Source of the DNA: an uncultured delta proteobacterium
Lineage (GTDB): Bacteria; Myxococcota_A; UBA9160; SMWR01
DNA length: 64,000 nt
Reading direction: 5' to 3'
Assembly: GCA_963832165.1 (NCBI GenBank)
Contig: CAWHTE010000011.1
Span: forward strand, 512,001-576,000
Shown here: piece by piece, positions 17,779 through 27,768 of the stretch
Layout of the letters: every line of letters starts with the position of its first letter
How positions within the stretch are numbered: the stretch's first letter is position 1
Program-made: the position numbers and the translations under genes
The notes under the pieces: model-generated
What the model was told of the DNA's origin: nothing
Seen by the model: only the letters and a program-made list of their open reading frames with translations
The model's database searches: none

Positions 17779-18456
17779 TTGCTCTACGCGGTCGGTGACA
17801 TCCACGGTGAGCGCGAGCGCCTCGACGCGTTGCTCGCGTCGCTGCCGCTCGCGCCCGACGACCGCTTCGTGTTCGTGGGCGACTACGTCGATCGCGGGCC
17901 CGACGCGAAGGGCGTGGTCGATCGGTTGGTCTCGCTGGCCGGCGATCACGCGTGCGTGTTTCTCGCGGGCAACCACGAGTCGATGTTCCTCGACTTCCTG
18001 GGCTGGAGCGGCGACGCCTACTTCGCGGGCGATGCGTTTCTCGCCAACGGCGGCGACCGCACGCTCGCGAGCTACGGCTACTTCGAGCTCGCCGATCCGC
18101 AGCCGCAGAATCTCGAGCTGCCGCCTGCGCACGAGAAGTTCTACCGCGGGCTGGCCCTCTACCACCGCGAGGGCGACTACCTGTTCGTGCACGCGGGGCT
18201 CGGGCGCGCGATCTTGCGCGAGACCGATCTCGACTTCGCGCTGCGCCACGTGAGGTCCGAGGATCTGCTCTGGGACCGCGCTTCACTCGGCGTGCCGCAC
18301 GCGCTCGGCGTCACGGTCGTGTACGGACACACACCGACGCCCGATTTCGAGGTGCGCTGGCACCGGCCCTTCAGCATCGGCATCGACACCGGTGCCGTGT
18401 ATGGGGGAAGGCTCACCGCGATCCGGCTGCCGGACGAGACGGTGTTCCAGGTCTGA
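17779..18456 (+). CDS. Metallophosphoesterase (PPP-like Ser/Thr phosphatase)
   Basis: GDIHG, GDYVDRGPD, GNHE, HAG, GHTP, IDTG. Confidence 0.92.
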   Translation: MLYAVGDIHGERERLDALLASLPLAPDDRFVFVGDYVDRGPDAKGVVDRLVSLAGDHACVFLAGNHESMFLDFLGWSGDAYFAGDAFLANGGDRTLASYGYFELADPQPQNLELPPAHEKFYRGLALYHREGDYLFVHAGLGRAILRETDLDFALRHVRSEDLLWDRASLGVPHALGVTVVYGHTPTPDFEVRWHRPFSIGIDTGAVYGGRLTAIRLPDETVFQV

Positions 18457-20902
18457 CTAACCCTGGCGCGGCTCGACGACGGGCACGACCAACGGCGAGC
18501 CCGGCGTGAGCGCGGCGAAGTCGAGATCCGGGTTGTACTGCCGCAGCAGCCACACGGGCAGGCGGTACTTGCGCTGCGCGAGATACCAGAGCGATTCGCC
18601 GGGCTCGAGCACGTGCCGTTCGGTGCCCGTCACCGTGAACGCGTCGAAGAACTCGTCCTGCAGCGACTGGTGATACTCGAGGCGGCGCTGCTCGAACTCC
18701 TGCGCGGACACGCGCGAGAAGTCGAGCTTGAGGCGCTGGCCGATCACGACCGGCTGCTCGAAGCGCATCTTGTTCGCCTTGCGCAGATCACCCGCGCGCA
18801 CCTCGAGCCAGTCGGCGAAGTGTCCGATCGTCTCGGCGGCCTGCACGGTGGCGCGATCGCCGTGCACCGCGTAGTCGGACGGATCGGGGCGCGATCCCCC
18901 GTTCGCTCCGGCCGGCTCCTCGGTCGACGGTGCCATGAGCAGCGGGGGCGGCTCCAGCTCCGCGACCGCAACCGAAGCCGGCGGCTCGGGCGCGGGCTCG
19001 GGAGGCGGCTCCGGAAGCGCTTCGAGTGACGGCGTGCGCGCGGTCTCGATCTGCGTGGGCTGCGCGGGCTGCGCCGGGGCGGGCTCGGGGTCGGCGGGTA
19101 CGATCGGCGCCGCGATCGGCGAGGGCTCGGGTGCCGGCACGGGGGCGGGCGCGACGGCCGGGGTCGGTTTCGCTGCCGGCGTCGGCGCGGTCGATGCGGG
19201 CGGCTCCGCCGACGCGGTCTGGGTCGTCGGCACCGCTGCGGGCGCGGCGGGCTCGGCCGCGGGCGCCGGGCGGTGTGGTGGGTGCGGGGGCCGGCACGGC
19301 TGCGGGCGTTGCTGCGGGCACGTCGGCCACGGCGGTTTCGGCGCTCGCGATCGCCACGGCGGGCTCGCCGCCCGGAACGCGCAGGCGCTGGCCGACCGAG
19401 ATCCGATGTCGGTTGCGCAGTGCGTTCTGCCGGGCGAGCTCGCTCTCGGTGGTGCCGAAGCGCTTCGCGATCTCCGCGAGCGTGTCGCCGCGCCGCACGC
19501 GGTAGCTGCCGGTCGCGCGCTCCGGCTGCTCGGGCGCGGCCGACTCGACCTCGCGCGCCGGCGCCGATGCAACCACCACCTCGGCGTCGCGGACTCGCCC
19601 GCGATCGGGCAGCACGAGTACCTGGCCCACGCTGAGCCGGTTGCGGCTGCGCAGGTTGTTGGCTGCGACGAGCTCGCTCTCGCGAACGCCGTAGCGGCTT
19701 GCGATGCGCGACAGCGTGTCGCCGCGCCGGACCTTGTGGAAGCGGTCGCGGTGCTGCTCGGCGATCCGCGACGTACCGGGGATCGCCGCGATCAGCTCGT
19801 CCACGGGCCGCGAGAGCGCGCTCTTGGGCAGCCGCAGCGCGTAGGCGCGAGGCACGTGCTTGCTGCCGTTCCAGACCGCCGGGCGCAGCGCCGGGTTGTG
19901 CTCCTGGAGCATGCCGAGATCGACGCCTAGCGCGCGTGCGAGCACGGGCGCGGGCGTGTACCAGGGCAGCTCGATCTCGGTGTAGGTGTTGGGCGACTCG
20001 AGCGTGATCGTGCCGAAATAGCGCGACGGCTCGCGATCGATCCGCGAAGCGGCGAGGAACGACGCGTAGAAGTTGCGCGAGGCGAAGCCGAAGCTGCGGC
20101 TGCGGTAGCGGCGCACGATCTCGCCGATGTCGGTGGTGCCGAGCGTGCGCGCTGCGCGCTGCATGCCGCCCGCGCCGTGGTTGTACGCCGTGATCGCGAG
20201 CGGCCAGGTGCCCGTGATCTCGCGGTTGCGCGCGAGCAGCCGCGCCGCGGCGTCGCTCGAGACGTAGGGATCGAGGCGCTCGTCGACGACGTTGTCGATG
20301 CGCATGAACAGGCGCCCGGTCGAGCGCATGAACTGCCACATGCCCGCGGCGCCGACGCGCGAGTAGGCCTTCGGGTTGTACGAGGATTCGACGTGGGGCA
20401 ACGCGACGAGCTGCTGCGGCACGCCGCGCTCCTTGAGAGCCTTGGTGACGAACGGGCGCCACTTGCCGGAGCGCACGAGCCCGGCGCGGAAGCGGTCGGA
20501 CAGTCCGGCCTGGAAGCGCACGTTCTCGGCTGCGCGGCGCAGCGTCCCGTCGGAGACGTTCGCGGGCCACTGCGAGAGGATGCGCGACTCGTCGCTCGTG
20601 AGTCCGTCGCGCTTTCCCTTCGCGAGCCCGAGCAGGATCGCGCGGATCTCGCGCTTGGTCTGTTCGGTGCTGCGATCGCGCGCGCGATACGGCGTGTGCT
20701 CGGGGAAGTGCACGGTCTTGTACACGACGCCGAGATGCTCGGCGTCGTGGATCAGGCCCGAGCGGCTGTCGACCTCGGAGTACACGCGCGTCCAGAACTG
20801 GACGGCGGGCTCGAGGCTCGCGGGGGTCGGCAGGTCCTCGGCGAGCGATCCGGAGGGCAGACAGAGCAGGGCGACAGCGGCAGCAATCCAGCGCAACAGC
20901 AT
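18457..20902 (-). CDS. LysM-containing lytic transglycosylase (MltD-like), frameshift near 19270-19300
   Basis: Signal peptide, VESSYNP, GMWQF, AYNHG, several LysM repeats; two ORFs join across a Pro/Ala linker. Confidence 0.87.
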
Positions 20903-20998
20903 GCGGACAGGGATCGGCCATCGGCTCCTAAAACCTGTGCAGCTTCCGGCCACGTTGCTCCGTCGCATCTGGCTTTGTGGCTCCGTGGCCCCGCGGGG

Positions 20999-22498
20999 TC
21001 AGCGGCGCCGATTCTTCTTCCGCGCTTTGCGCGCCTGCTTGCGTTTGCCGCGCTGCTGCGAGCGGCGTTTCTCGACCGAACGTCGGCTCTCGCCCACGCC
21101 CGCGGCGCCGCCTCCGAGCAGCGCGCTCGGATCCATGCCGCCCGCACCCGCGAGCCGGCCCATGCCCGGGATCTTCGAGAGCAGACCTCCGGGCGCGCCG
21201 AGCCCGGCCATCATGTCGCGCATCTGCCCGAAGCGCTCGACGAGCTCGCGCACGTCCGAGCTGCGGCGGCCGCTGCCGCGCGCGATCCGCCGCGCGCGGC
21301 TCTTGTCGATCAGCTCCGGCCGCTTGCGCTCGTCGGGTGTCATCGAGGAGATCAGCGACTCCACGCGCACCATCTGCGATTCTTCCACCTGATCCGCGAA
21401 CTGCCCGAACATCGGCAGCTTCCCGATCACTTCCCGCAGCGGCCCGAGCTTCTGAACCATCTTGAGCTGCTTGAGCAGATCGTCGAGGCCGAACTGACCT
21501 TTGAGCAGGCGCGCTGCGTCGCGCTCGGCGTCGCGCTCGTCGACGTGCTCCTCGAAGTCCTTGACGAGGCCGACGATGTCGCCCATCCCGAGGATGCGCG
21601 ACGCGAGGCCCTCGGGCCGGAACTCCTCGAGCCGCTCGAGCGTCTCGCCCGTGCCGAGGAACTTGATCGGCACCCCCGTGACCGCCTTCACGGCCAGCGC
21701 CGCGCCACCGCGCGCGTCGCCGTCGAGCTTGGTCAGGACGAGTCCGTCGAGCGCGAGCCGCTCCGCGAACCCCTTCGCCACCGTCACCGCGTCGCGGCCC
21801 ATCAGCGCGTCGCAGACCAGGAGCGTGTTGGCGGGCTTCGCGACCTCGGTGATCTCCTCGAGCTCGCGCATGAGCTCGTCGTCGATCGCGAGCCGGCCGG
21901 CGGTGTCGTAGACGATCGCGTCGAGGCCCGACGCACGCGCGCGCTCGGCGCCCGCGGCGCAGATCGCGGCGGGTGCGTCGCCCTCGGCACCCGCGTGCAC
22001 GGGTACTCCGATCTGTGCACCGAGCGTCTGGAGCTGCTGGACCGCGGCCGGGCGGTAGACGTCGGCCGCGACGAGCAGCGGGCGCCGCCCACTCTTCTGG
22101 AGATAGCGCGCGATCTTGCCGGCCACGGTCGTCTTGCCGACGCCCTGGAGACCCACGAGCATGATCGACGTCACGCCGCGCTCGCGCGCGAGCTCGGCGT
22201 CGACGGGCCCCATCAGCGCGACGAGCTCCTCGTGGCACGCCTTCACGAAGTGTTGACCGGGTGTTACGCGCACCCAGTTGCCGAGCGCGTCGCGCACGCG
22301 CGTCTCGACCTTCTCGCCGAGCGCGCGCTCCTTCACTCGGTCGAGGAAGATCTTCACGACGGAGAGGTCGACGTCGGCTTCGAGCAGCGACATGCGCACG
22401 TCGCGCAGCGCTTCTGCGACGTTGTCCTCGGCGAGCTCGCGCACGCCCGACAGACGCTCGCGTGCGGCGGTAAAACCCTGGGTGAGCGTCTCGAGCAT
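20999..22498 (-). CDS. ffh: Signal recognition particle protein
   Basis: LLEADV, GLQGVGKTT, DTAGR, TKLDGDARGG, ILGMGD, M domain. Confidence 0.96.
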   Translation of the reverse strand: MLETLTQGFTAARERLSGVRELAEDNVAEALRDVRMSLLEADVDLSVVKIFLDRVKERALGEKVETRVRDALGNWVRVTPGQHFVKACHEELVALMGPVDAELARERGVTSIMLVGLQGVGKTTVAGKIARYLQKSGRRPLLVAADVYRPAAVQQLQTLGAQIGVPVHAGAEGDAPAAICAAGAERARASGLDAIVYDTAGRLAIDDELMRELEEITEVAKPANTLLVCDALMGRDAVTVAKGFAERLALDGLVLTKLDGDARGGAALAVKAVTGVPIKFLGTGETLERLEEFRPEGLASRILGMGDIVGLVKDFEEHVDERDAERDAARLLKGQFGLDDLLKQLKMVQKLGPLREVIGKLPMFGQFADQVEESQMVRVESLISSMTPDERKRPELIDKSRARRIARGSGRRSSDVRELVERFGQMRDMMAGLGAPGGLLSKIPGMGRLAGAGGMDPSALLGGGAAGVGESRRSVEKRRSQQRGKRKQARKARKKNRRR

Positions 22499-22554
22499 GG
22501 GGGCGGAGAGTAGCGCGACGAGGCTATGCTGCTGAGCTTCTACGAGGGAGAATC

Positions 22555-22770
22555 ATGCCGACTGAGGTGGCCGCCGAGATTGCCGGCAACGTCTGGAAGA
22601 TCGAGACGCGCGTGGGTGCCGAGGTCGAGGAGGAAGACGTGCTGCTGATCCTCGAGTCGATGAAGATGGAGATCCCGGTCGAGGCACCGTGCGCGGGCCG
22701 GGTCTCGGAGCTGCGGGTCGCCGAGGGCGATAGCATCGAAGAAGGCGCCGTCCTCGTCGTGCTCGACTGA
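22555..22770 (+). CDS. Stand-alone biotin/lipoyl carrier protein
   Basis: 71 aa with LESMKMEIPV biotinylation motif; GGGAG ribosome-binding site. Confidence 0.88.
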   Translation: MPTEVAAEIAGNVWKIETRVGAEVEEEDVLLILESMKMEIPVEAPCAGRVSELRVAEGDSIEEGAVLVVLD

Positions 22771-22783
22771 GGCCACCCCGCGC

Positions 22784-23635
22784 ATGGCTCCCCCGCTCTC
22801 GTCGCGCGCGATTGCAGCGGATCGGCTCCCCGATGCGCTCGCGCTGCTCGGCCAGGAGCCGCGCGACAACCTGCTCCTGCTCGATCTCGCGGCGCGACTC
22901 GGTGAGGCGCCACCGCCGGGCGAGATGGCCACGGAGCTGATCGGGGCGTTTCGCGGCGAGGATCTGGTCGCCGTGGCGGCGCTGCGCCCCACGATCGTGT
23001 TCGACGCGCGGATCGACGCGGGTGCGCTCGAGGCGATGTTCCCGCTCGTGGAGACGCTCGACGTCGGGTTGATCAAGAGCGAGCCGCGAAGCGTAGAGCG
23101 GCTCTGGAGCCATCTCTCGCGGCGCCGCCGCCACCGCGTCTGGATCGATCGCTTCGAGACCTGTTACGCCGTCGACCGCAGCGACGCCCGCCTGGTGTCG
23201 AGCACGCCGGGCCGCACCGCGCGCGCGGCTTCGGCGGACGACCTCGAGCCGCTCGTGTTCGCAGCGCGCGAGAGCCTGCGCGAAGAGGACCGCCCCGATC
23301 CGTTCGCGGGCGACGTGCGGGGTTTCCGGCGCTGGGTGCGCGGGCGCGTGCCGCGAGCGCGCGTGGTCGAGAACGACGGCGAGATCTGCTTCGTGGGCTA
23401 TGCCGACGTCCAGCGCGAACAGGGCTGGCTGCTACAGGGCGTATACACCTGGCCCCACGCGCGCCGACGCGGCCTGGCGACCACGGGCACGTCTTCGCTG
23501 TGTGACGAGGCATTCGCCTCGGGCGCGGACCACGTGCAGCTCGCGGTCGTCGACGGCAACGACGCGGCGCAGCGGCTCTATGAAGGCCTCGGCTTCAAGC
23601 CCTACGGCCGCGTGCGAACGATTCTATTTACGTAG
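22784..23635 (+). CDS. GNAT family N-acetyltransferase
   Basis: GVYTWPHARRRGLAT, NDAAQRLYEGLGF. Confidence 0.85.
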   Translation: MAPPLSSRAIAADRLPDALALLGQEPRDNLLLLDLAARLGEAPPPGEMATELIGAFRGEDLVAVAALRPTIVFDARIDAGALEAMFPLVETLDVGLIKSEPRSVERLWSHLSRRRRHRVWIDRFETCYAVDRSDARLVSSTPGRTARAASADDLEPLVFAARESLREEDRPDPFAGDVRGFRRWVRGRVPRARVVENDGEICFVGYADVQREQGWLLQGVYTWPHARRRGLATTGTSSLCDEAFASGADHVQLAVVDGNDAAQRLYEGLGFKPYGRVRTILFT

Positions 23636-23650
23636 GAAAGGAGAACCGCA

Positions 23651-24520
23651 ATGGGTTTGCTCGACGGCAAGGTGGCGATCGTGACGGGAGCGGGCGGGGG
23701 CATCGGACGCGAGCACGCTCTCGCGCTCGCGCGCGAGGGCGCCGCGGTGCTCGTGAACGACCTCGGTGGCGCGCGCGACGGCACGGGCAGCGGACACCGC
23801 ATGGCGGATCAGGTGGTCGATGAGATCCGCGCGGCGGGCGGCGAGGCCGCACCGAACTACGACGACGTCTCCACGGTCGAAGGCGGCAAGGGCATCCTGA
23901 AAGGTGCGCTCGACGCATTCGAGCGCGTCGACATCCTCGTGAACAACGCGGGGATCCTGCGCGACAAGTCGTTCGCGAATACCACGGAGGAGATGTGGGA
24001 CATCGTGGTGAAGGTGCACCTCAAGGGCACCTACTGCGTGTCACAACCCGTGTGGAACCACATGAAGGACGCCGCGCAGGGCGGCGTGATCATCAACACT
24101 TCGTCGACGTCCGCGCTCAACGGCAACTTCGGCCAGTGCAACTACGGCGCCGCAAAGGGCGGCATCGCGGGCTTCTCGCGCTGCCTCGCGATCGAGGGAA
24201 AGAAGTATGGGATCCGCGTGCACATCCTCGCGCCGGTCGCGTACACGCGGCTCACCTCGGACCTGGGCGGCTTCGGCGACGACGCCGAGAAGATGAAGGC
24301 GCAGCTCGACCCCGCCCTCGTGTCGCCGCTGATCGTCTACCTCGCGAGCGACGAGGCGAAGGAGCTCACCGGGCGCACGTTCTACATCGGCGGCGGGCGG
24401 ATCGCCGAGATGAAGGTCGTGACGTACACGGGCGTGACCAAGAAGGAGAAGGGCGGGCTCTGGACGCCCAAGGAGATCGGCGAGGCGATGAAGCCGGGTG
24501 CGATCCTGATGCCGGAGTAG
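23651..24520 (+). CDS. SDR oxidoreductase (3-hydroxyacyl-CoA dehydrogenase / MFE-2-like)
   Basis: TGAGGGIG, VNDLG, NNAGILRD, YGAAK. Confidence 0.92.
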   Translation: MGLLDGKVAIVTGAGGGIGREHALALAREGAAVLVNDLGGARDGTGSGHRMADQVVDEIRAAGGEAAPNYDDVSTVEGGKGILKGALDAFERVDILVNNAGILRDKSFANTTEEMWDIVVKVHLKGTYCVSQPVWNHMKDAAQGGVIINTSSTSALNGNFGQCNYGAAKGGIAGFSRCLAIEGKKYGIRVHILAPVAYTRLTSDLGGFGDDAEKMKAQLDPALVSPLIVYLASDEAKELTGRTFYIGGGRIAEMKVVTYTGVTKKEKGGLWTPKEIGEAMKPGAILMPE

Positions 24521-24551
24521 GGCGGATTAGCCCGAAGGGCGTAATCCGCCA
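24517..24551 (+). repeat. GTAG-type REP-like palindrome, copy 1
   Basis: GTAGGGCGGATTAGC-CCGAAGG-GCGTAATCCGCCA; second copy at 60931. Confidence 0.75.
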
Positions 24552-24569
24552 TTCCGCGGTGTCCGTTGC

Positions 24570-24718
24570 CTGGGTCCGGGCGTTGATTCGCCGCGTCGGC
24601 GTTGTGGCTCTGTCGGCGTGCACGACGGTGCACCGGAGCACAACGGTTGCCGGCTCGGAGACGCATATGCTCCAGGATCACCAACGCCTCCGGCGGCGAA
24701 TTCAAGCGCCCGGCCTAG
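24570..24718 (+). ncRNA. Candidate structured RNA, domain A (long irregular hairpin)
   Basis: Arms 24570-24621 and 24663-24718 pair through several helices with multiple plus-strand G-U pairs. Confidence 0.45.
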
Positions 24719-24990
24719 CGCATCGAGAGGTTCACGTTTTCAGGGCGTACGAGTTCGAATTCGAGTGGCGGGGTGGTTGGCTTGCTGCGGCGAAGTAAAG
24801 CGGAGCCGGCCACGGGCCGTCGCACGGCTCGTGGCCACTTGGGTTGGACCGGCAACCTGAAAGCCTGAAGCAATCGCTGGCTTCGGACCCTTCGGGCGAG
24901 AGAGAACGTCACCCCCAGGCCGGCGAGCCATGAGCGGCAGCAAGCCAACCACCCCCCCACGTCGCGAACACGAGCGAGCGTGACAATGCG
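24719..24990 (+). ncRNA. Candidate structured RNA, domain B (multi-branch fold on a long closing stem)
   Basis: 23/24-bp inverted repeat 24765-24788 / 24937-24960 encloses four hairpins, including CCCUUCGGG. Confidence 0.55.
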
Positions 24991-25026
24991 TCGACAGCGT
25001 AGGGACGCGGTGCCATTCTAGGCGCC

Positions 25027-27741
25027 ATGCCGGAGCAAGCGACCGGTCCGGCTCCCGCGCCCCATCGCAACGAACCGGATCCGACGCCGCGCGTGCCCGC
25101 GGCGGATCGTTCGGGAGAGCACGGGCTGCCCGCCGATCCGCTGTCGGCGATGACGCCGCGCTTCAACCTCTTCTTCCGCTGGTTCGCGCGGCGCTACTTC
25201 CGCGACTTCGACCTCGAGGACGAGACCGTCGAGCGGCTGCGCGACCTCGAGAAGCGCGGCGCGGTCGTCTACGTGATGCGCTATGCGAGTCGGCTCGACT
25301 ACTTCCTGTTCAACACGCTGTTCCGGCGCGAGGGACTGCGCCTGTCCGGCTTCGCGAACGGGATCCGGTACTGGTACTACCGGCCGCTGCGCGACGCGGT
25401 GCGCACGGTGTCGCGCCAGCCGCGCGGTGGGCCGCAGGACGTCGAGCTCGTGCGCGCGCGCGACTACACCCGCGAGCTGACCCGGGAAGGCGGCTCGCTG
25501 TTCCTGTTCCTGCGCACCGCGAGCCTGGGCACGCAGCTCAAGAGCCGCCAGGGGCGCATCGACCAGGGGCGTCAGGAGCGCGACCTCCTGGCCGAGGTGG
25601 TCGCCTCGGCGCAGGACTCGGGCCGGCCCGTGTTCATCGTTCCGCTCGCGCTGTTCTGGCGCAAGGGTCCGCGCGCGCGGCGGCGCTTCCTGAACCTCTC
25701 CTACGGAGCGCTCACGCGCCCGAACGACGTCTCGAAGGTGCTCTCGTTCCTCACCACCTACCGCGGGCTTCACGTGAAGGTGGGCGATCCGATCGACGTG
25801 CCCGGGTTCGCAGCTACGCGCCCGAACGCGAGCACGTCCGAGGTCGCGCGCGTGATCCGGCGCTCGATCCTGACCTTCCTGTACCGCTCGGAGCGCGTGG
25901 TGGAGGGGCCCGTGCTCCAGCCCTACCACCGCGTGCAGGAGATCGTGGTGCGCTCGCCCGCGGTGGCGGCCGCGGTGGCCGCGTACGCGGCCGAGCAGAA
26001 GGTCTCCGACGAGATCGCGCGCGTGCAGGCGGAGAAGATGTTCCGCGAGATCGCGGCGAACATGAGCTCCACCTTCCTCGCGATCCTCGACATCGTCGTG
26101 GGCGCGGTGATCCGGCGCCTGTTCGTGTCGGTCGAAGACTCGGGTATCGAGCGCGTGTCCGAGTACGCGCGGCGCGATCCCGTGGTACTCGTGCCCACGC
26201 ACCGGTCGTATTTCGACTTCCTGATCGTGTCGTCGATCTTCTACCGGCGGCACCTCCTGCCGCCGCACATCGCGGCGCGCGAGAACATGGCGTTCGGTCC
26301 GTTCGGCTTCCTGTGGCGCCGCGCGGGGGCGTTCTTCCTGCGCCGGTCGTTCGCGGACCCGCTCTACAAGGAGGTGTTCCGCACCTACGTCTCCTATCTG
26401 ATCAAGGAGGGCTTCACGCAGGAGTTCTTCATCGAGGGCGGTCGATCGCGCACGGGCAAGACGCTGCCGCCGCGCCTCGGCGTGCTGTCGTGGGACGTCG
26501 AGGCCTTCCTCGCGAGCGGCCGGCGTGATCTTCTCTTCGTGCCGGTCGCGCTCACCTACGAGCGGCTCGTCGAGGAGGGCTCGATGGTGGGCGAGCTCGA
26601 GGGCGCCGCGAAGGAAGACGAGAGCATGCTGCGCCTGATCGGCGCGTGGCGCTTCCTCCAGCGCCGGTTCGGCTCGGTCTTCGTGAACTTCGGCGCACCG
26701 CTCTCGCTCGCCGACGCGATCGGTGATCGGCGCGAGGAGCTCTCGGGCGAGAGCGAGGAGGCCGTCGCCGCGCGCCGCTCGTTCGTCGAGCTGCTCGGAC
26801 TCCAGATCGTCGAGCAGATGAACCTCTCCGTGGTGCCGCACGCCACGGCCGTGGCCGCGTGTGCCCTGCTAGGCGAGCGCCGCCGCGGCCTGTTCCGCGC
26901 CGATCTCGCGCTGCGGATGCAGCAGCTCATCGACCTGATGCGGATGACGAGCGTGAAGCTCACGCCTGCGCTGTTGCGCGACGAGGGCGACTTCTCCGAA
27001 TCGATTGCGTCGCTCCTGCGCGTGGACCTGATCCGCGCGGCGCCGGATCCGCGCGGCGAAATCCTGTTCTTCGAGCCGAACCGGCGGCGCGCGCTCGACA
27101 TCTATCGCAACAGCATCCTGCACTTCCTCGCGGCGCCGAGCTTCCTCGCGCTCGAGCTGCTGCGCGGTGGCGCGCGCGAGGATGTGATCAGGCGGCTGTA
27201 CGACTGGCTCGACGTGTTCCACGGCGAGGTGTTCGTCGCACGCGGGCCCGCGCTCGCGGCGCACGTCGATGCCTTCCTCGGCCACTTCGAGGCGCTCGGC
27301 TGGATCACGCGCAGCGCGTCCGAGCTGCGCGCCACCGAAGCGGGCGAGCCGCACCTGGCCTTTCTCGCCGAGCTGACGCGCGCGCTGCTCGAGAGCTACC
27401 GCGTCGCGACGTCGGTGGTGGCCCAGCAGACGGAGCCGATCGAGCGGCGGGCGCTCGAGAAGAAGATTGCCGAGCAGTTCGAGCGCGCGGCGCTGCTGGG
27501 CGAGATCGGCCTGCCCGAGGCGAACAACGCCGTGACGTTCGGCAATGCAGTCGATCTGCTGCTGCGGCTCGGCGTGCTCGCCGCGCAGCCGCACACGGGT
27601 GCGGGCGCAAGCTTCGCGCAGCGAGCCGAAGGCGAGCGAAGACCAGCGGGTGGCCGCGATCCGCTGTTCGGCCAGGGTCCGGCCTGGTCGGAGCTCGCGC
27701 GGCTGCGAGAGCGTCTGGCGACCGCGCTGCGCCCCCGGTAG
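25027..27741 (+). CDS. plsB: Glycerol-3-phosphate acyltransferase (PlsB-like)
   Basis: HRSYFD, GAFFLRR, FFIEGGRSRTGK, VPVALTYE. Confidence 0.87.
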   Translation: MPEQATGPAPAPHRNEPDPTPRVPAADRSGEHGLPADPLSAMTPRFNLFFRWFARRYFRDFDLEDETVERLRDLEKRGAVVYVMRYASRLDYFLFNTLFRREGLRLSGFANGIRYWYYRPLRDAVRTVSRQPRGGPQDVELVRARDYTRELTREGGSLFLFLRTASLGTQLKSRQGRIDQGRQERDLLAEVVASAQDSGRPVFIVPLALFWRKGPRARRRFLNLSYGALTRPNDVSKVLSFLTTYRGLHVKVGDPIDVPGFAATRPNASTSEVARVIRRSILTFLYRSERVVEGPVLQPYHRVQEIVVRSPAVAAAVAAYAAEQKVSDEIARVQAEKMFREIAANMSSTFLAILDIVVGAVIRRLFVSVEDSGIERVSEYARRDPVVLVPTHRSYFDFLIVSSIFYRRHLLPPHIAARENMAFGPFGFLWRRAGAFFLRRSFADPLYKEVFRTYVSYLIKEGFTQEFFIEGGRSRTGKTLPPRLGVLSWDVEAFLASGRRDLLFVPVALTYERLVEEGSMVGELEGAAKEDESMLRLIGAWRFLQRRFGSVFVNFGAPLSLADAIGDRREELSGESEEAVAARRSFVELLGLQIVEQMNLSVVPHATAVAACALLGERRRGLFRADLALRMQQLIDLMRMTSVKLTPALLRDEGDFSESIASLLRVDLIRAAPDPRGEILFFEPNRRRALDIYRNSILHFLAAPSFLALELLRGGAREDVIRRLYDWLDVFHGEVFVARGPALAAHVDAFLGHFEALGWITRSASELRATEAGEPHLAFLAELTRALLESYRVATSVVAQQTEPIERRALEKKIAEQFERAALLGEIGLPEANNAVTFGNAVDLLLRLGVLAAQPHTGAGASFAQRAEGERRPAGGRDPLFGQGPAWSELARLRERLATALRPR
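27612..27641 (+). repeat. Palindromic repeat lying in frame in the plsB coding sequence
   Basis: 27615-27641 matches the reverse complement of intergenic 49613-49639 at 25/27 positions, with a compensatory stem change. Confidence 0.65.
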
Positions 27742-27768
27742 GCTCGCGCGCCCCGCGAGGTGCGCCCC

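Noticed and set aside
18930..19340. Repetitive GC-rich tract
   Set aside because: It encodes the Pro/Ala/Glu linker of the LysM transglycosylase; it is not a CRISPR or DNA repeat array.
24751..24764. tRNA T-loop-like GTTCGAAT
   Set aside because: The flanks do not form a T-stem or cloverleaf; it is part of a TCGAATTCGA palindrome.
24570..24990. Retron msr-msd, SRP RNA, tmRNA, RNase P or 6S RNA
   Set aside because: There is no reverse transcriptase in the window and the long hairpin lies outside the inverted repeat. The diagnostic motifs of the housekeeping RNAs were not found. Kept as an unknown RNA candidate.
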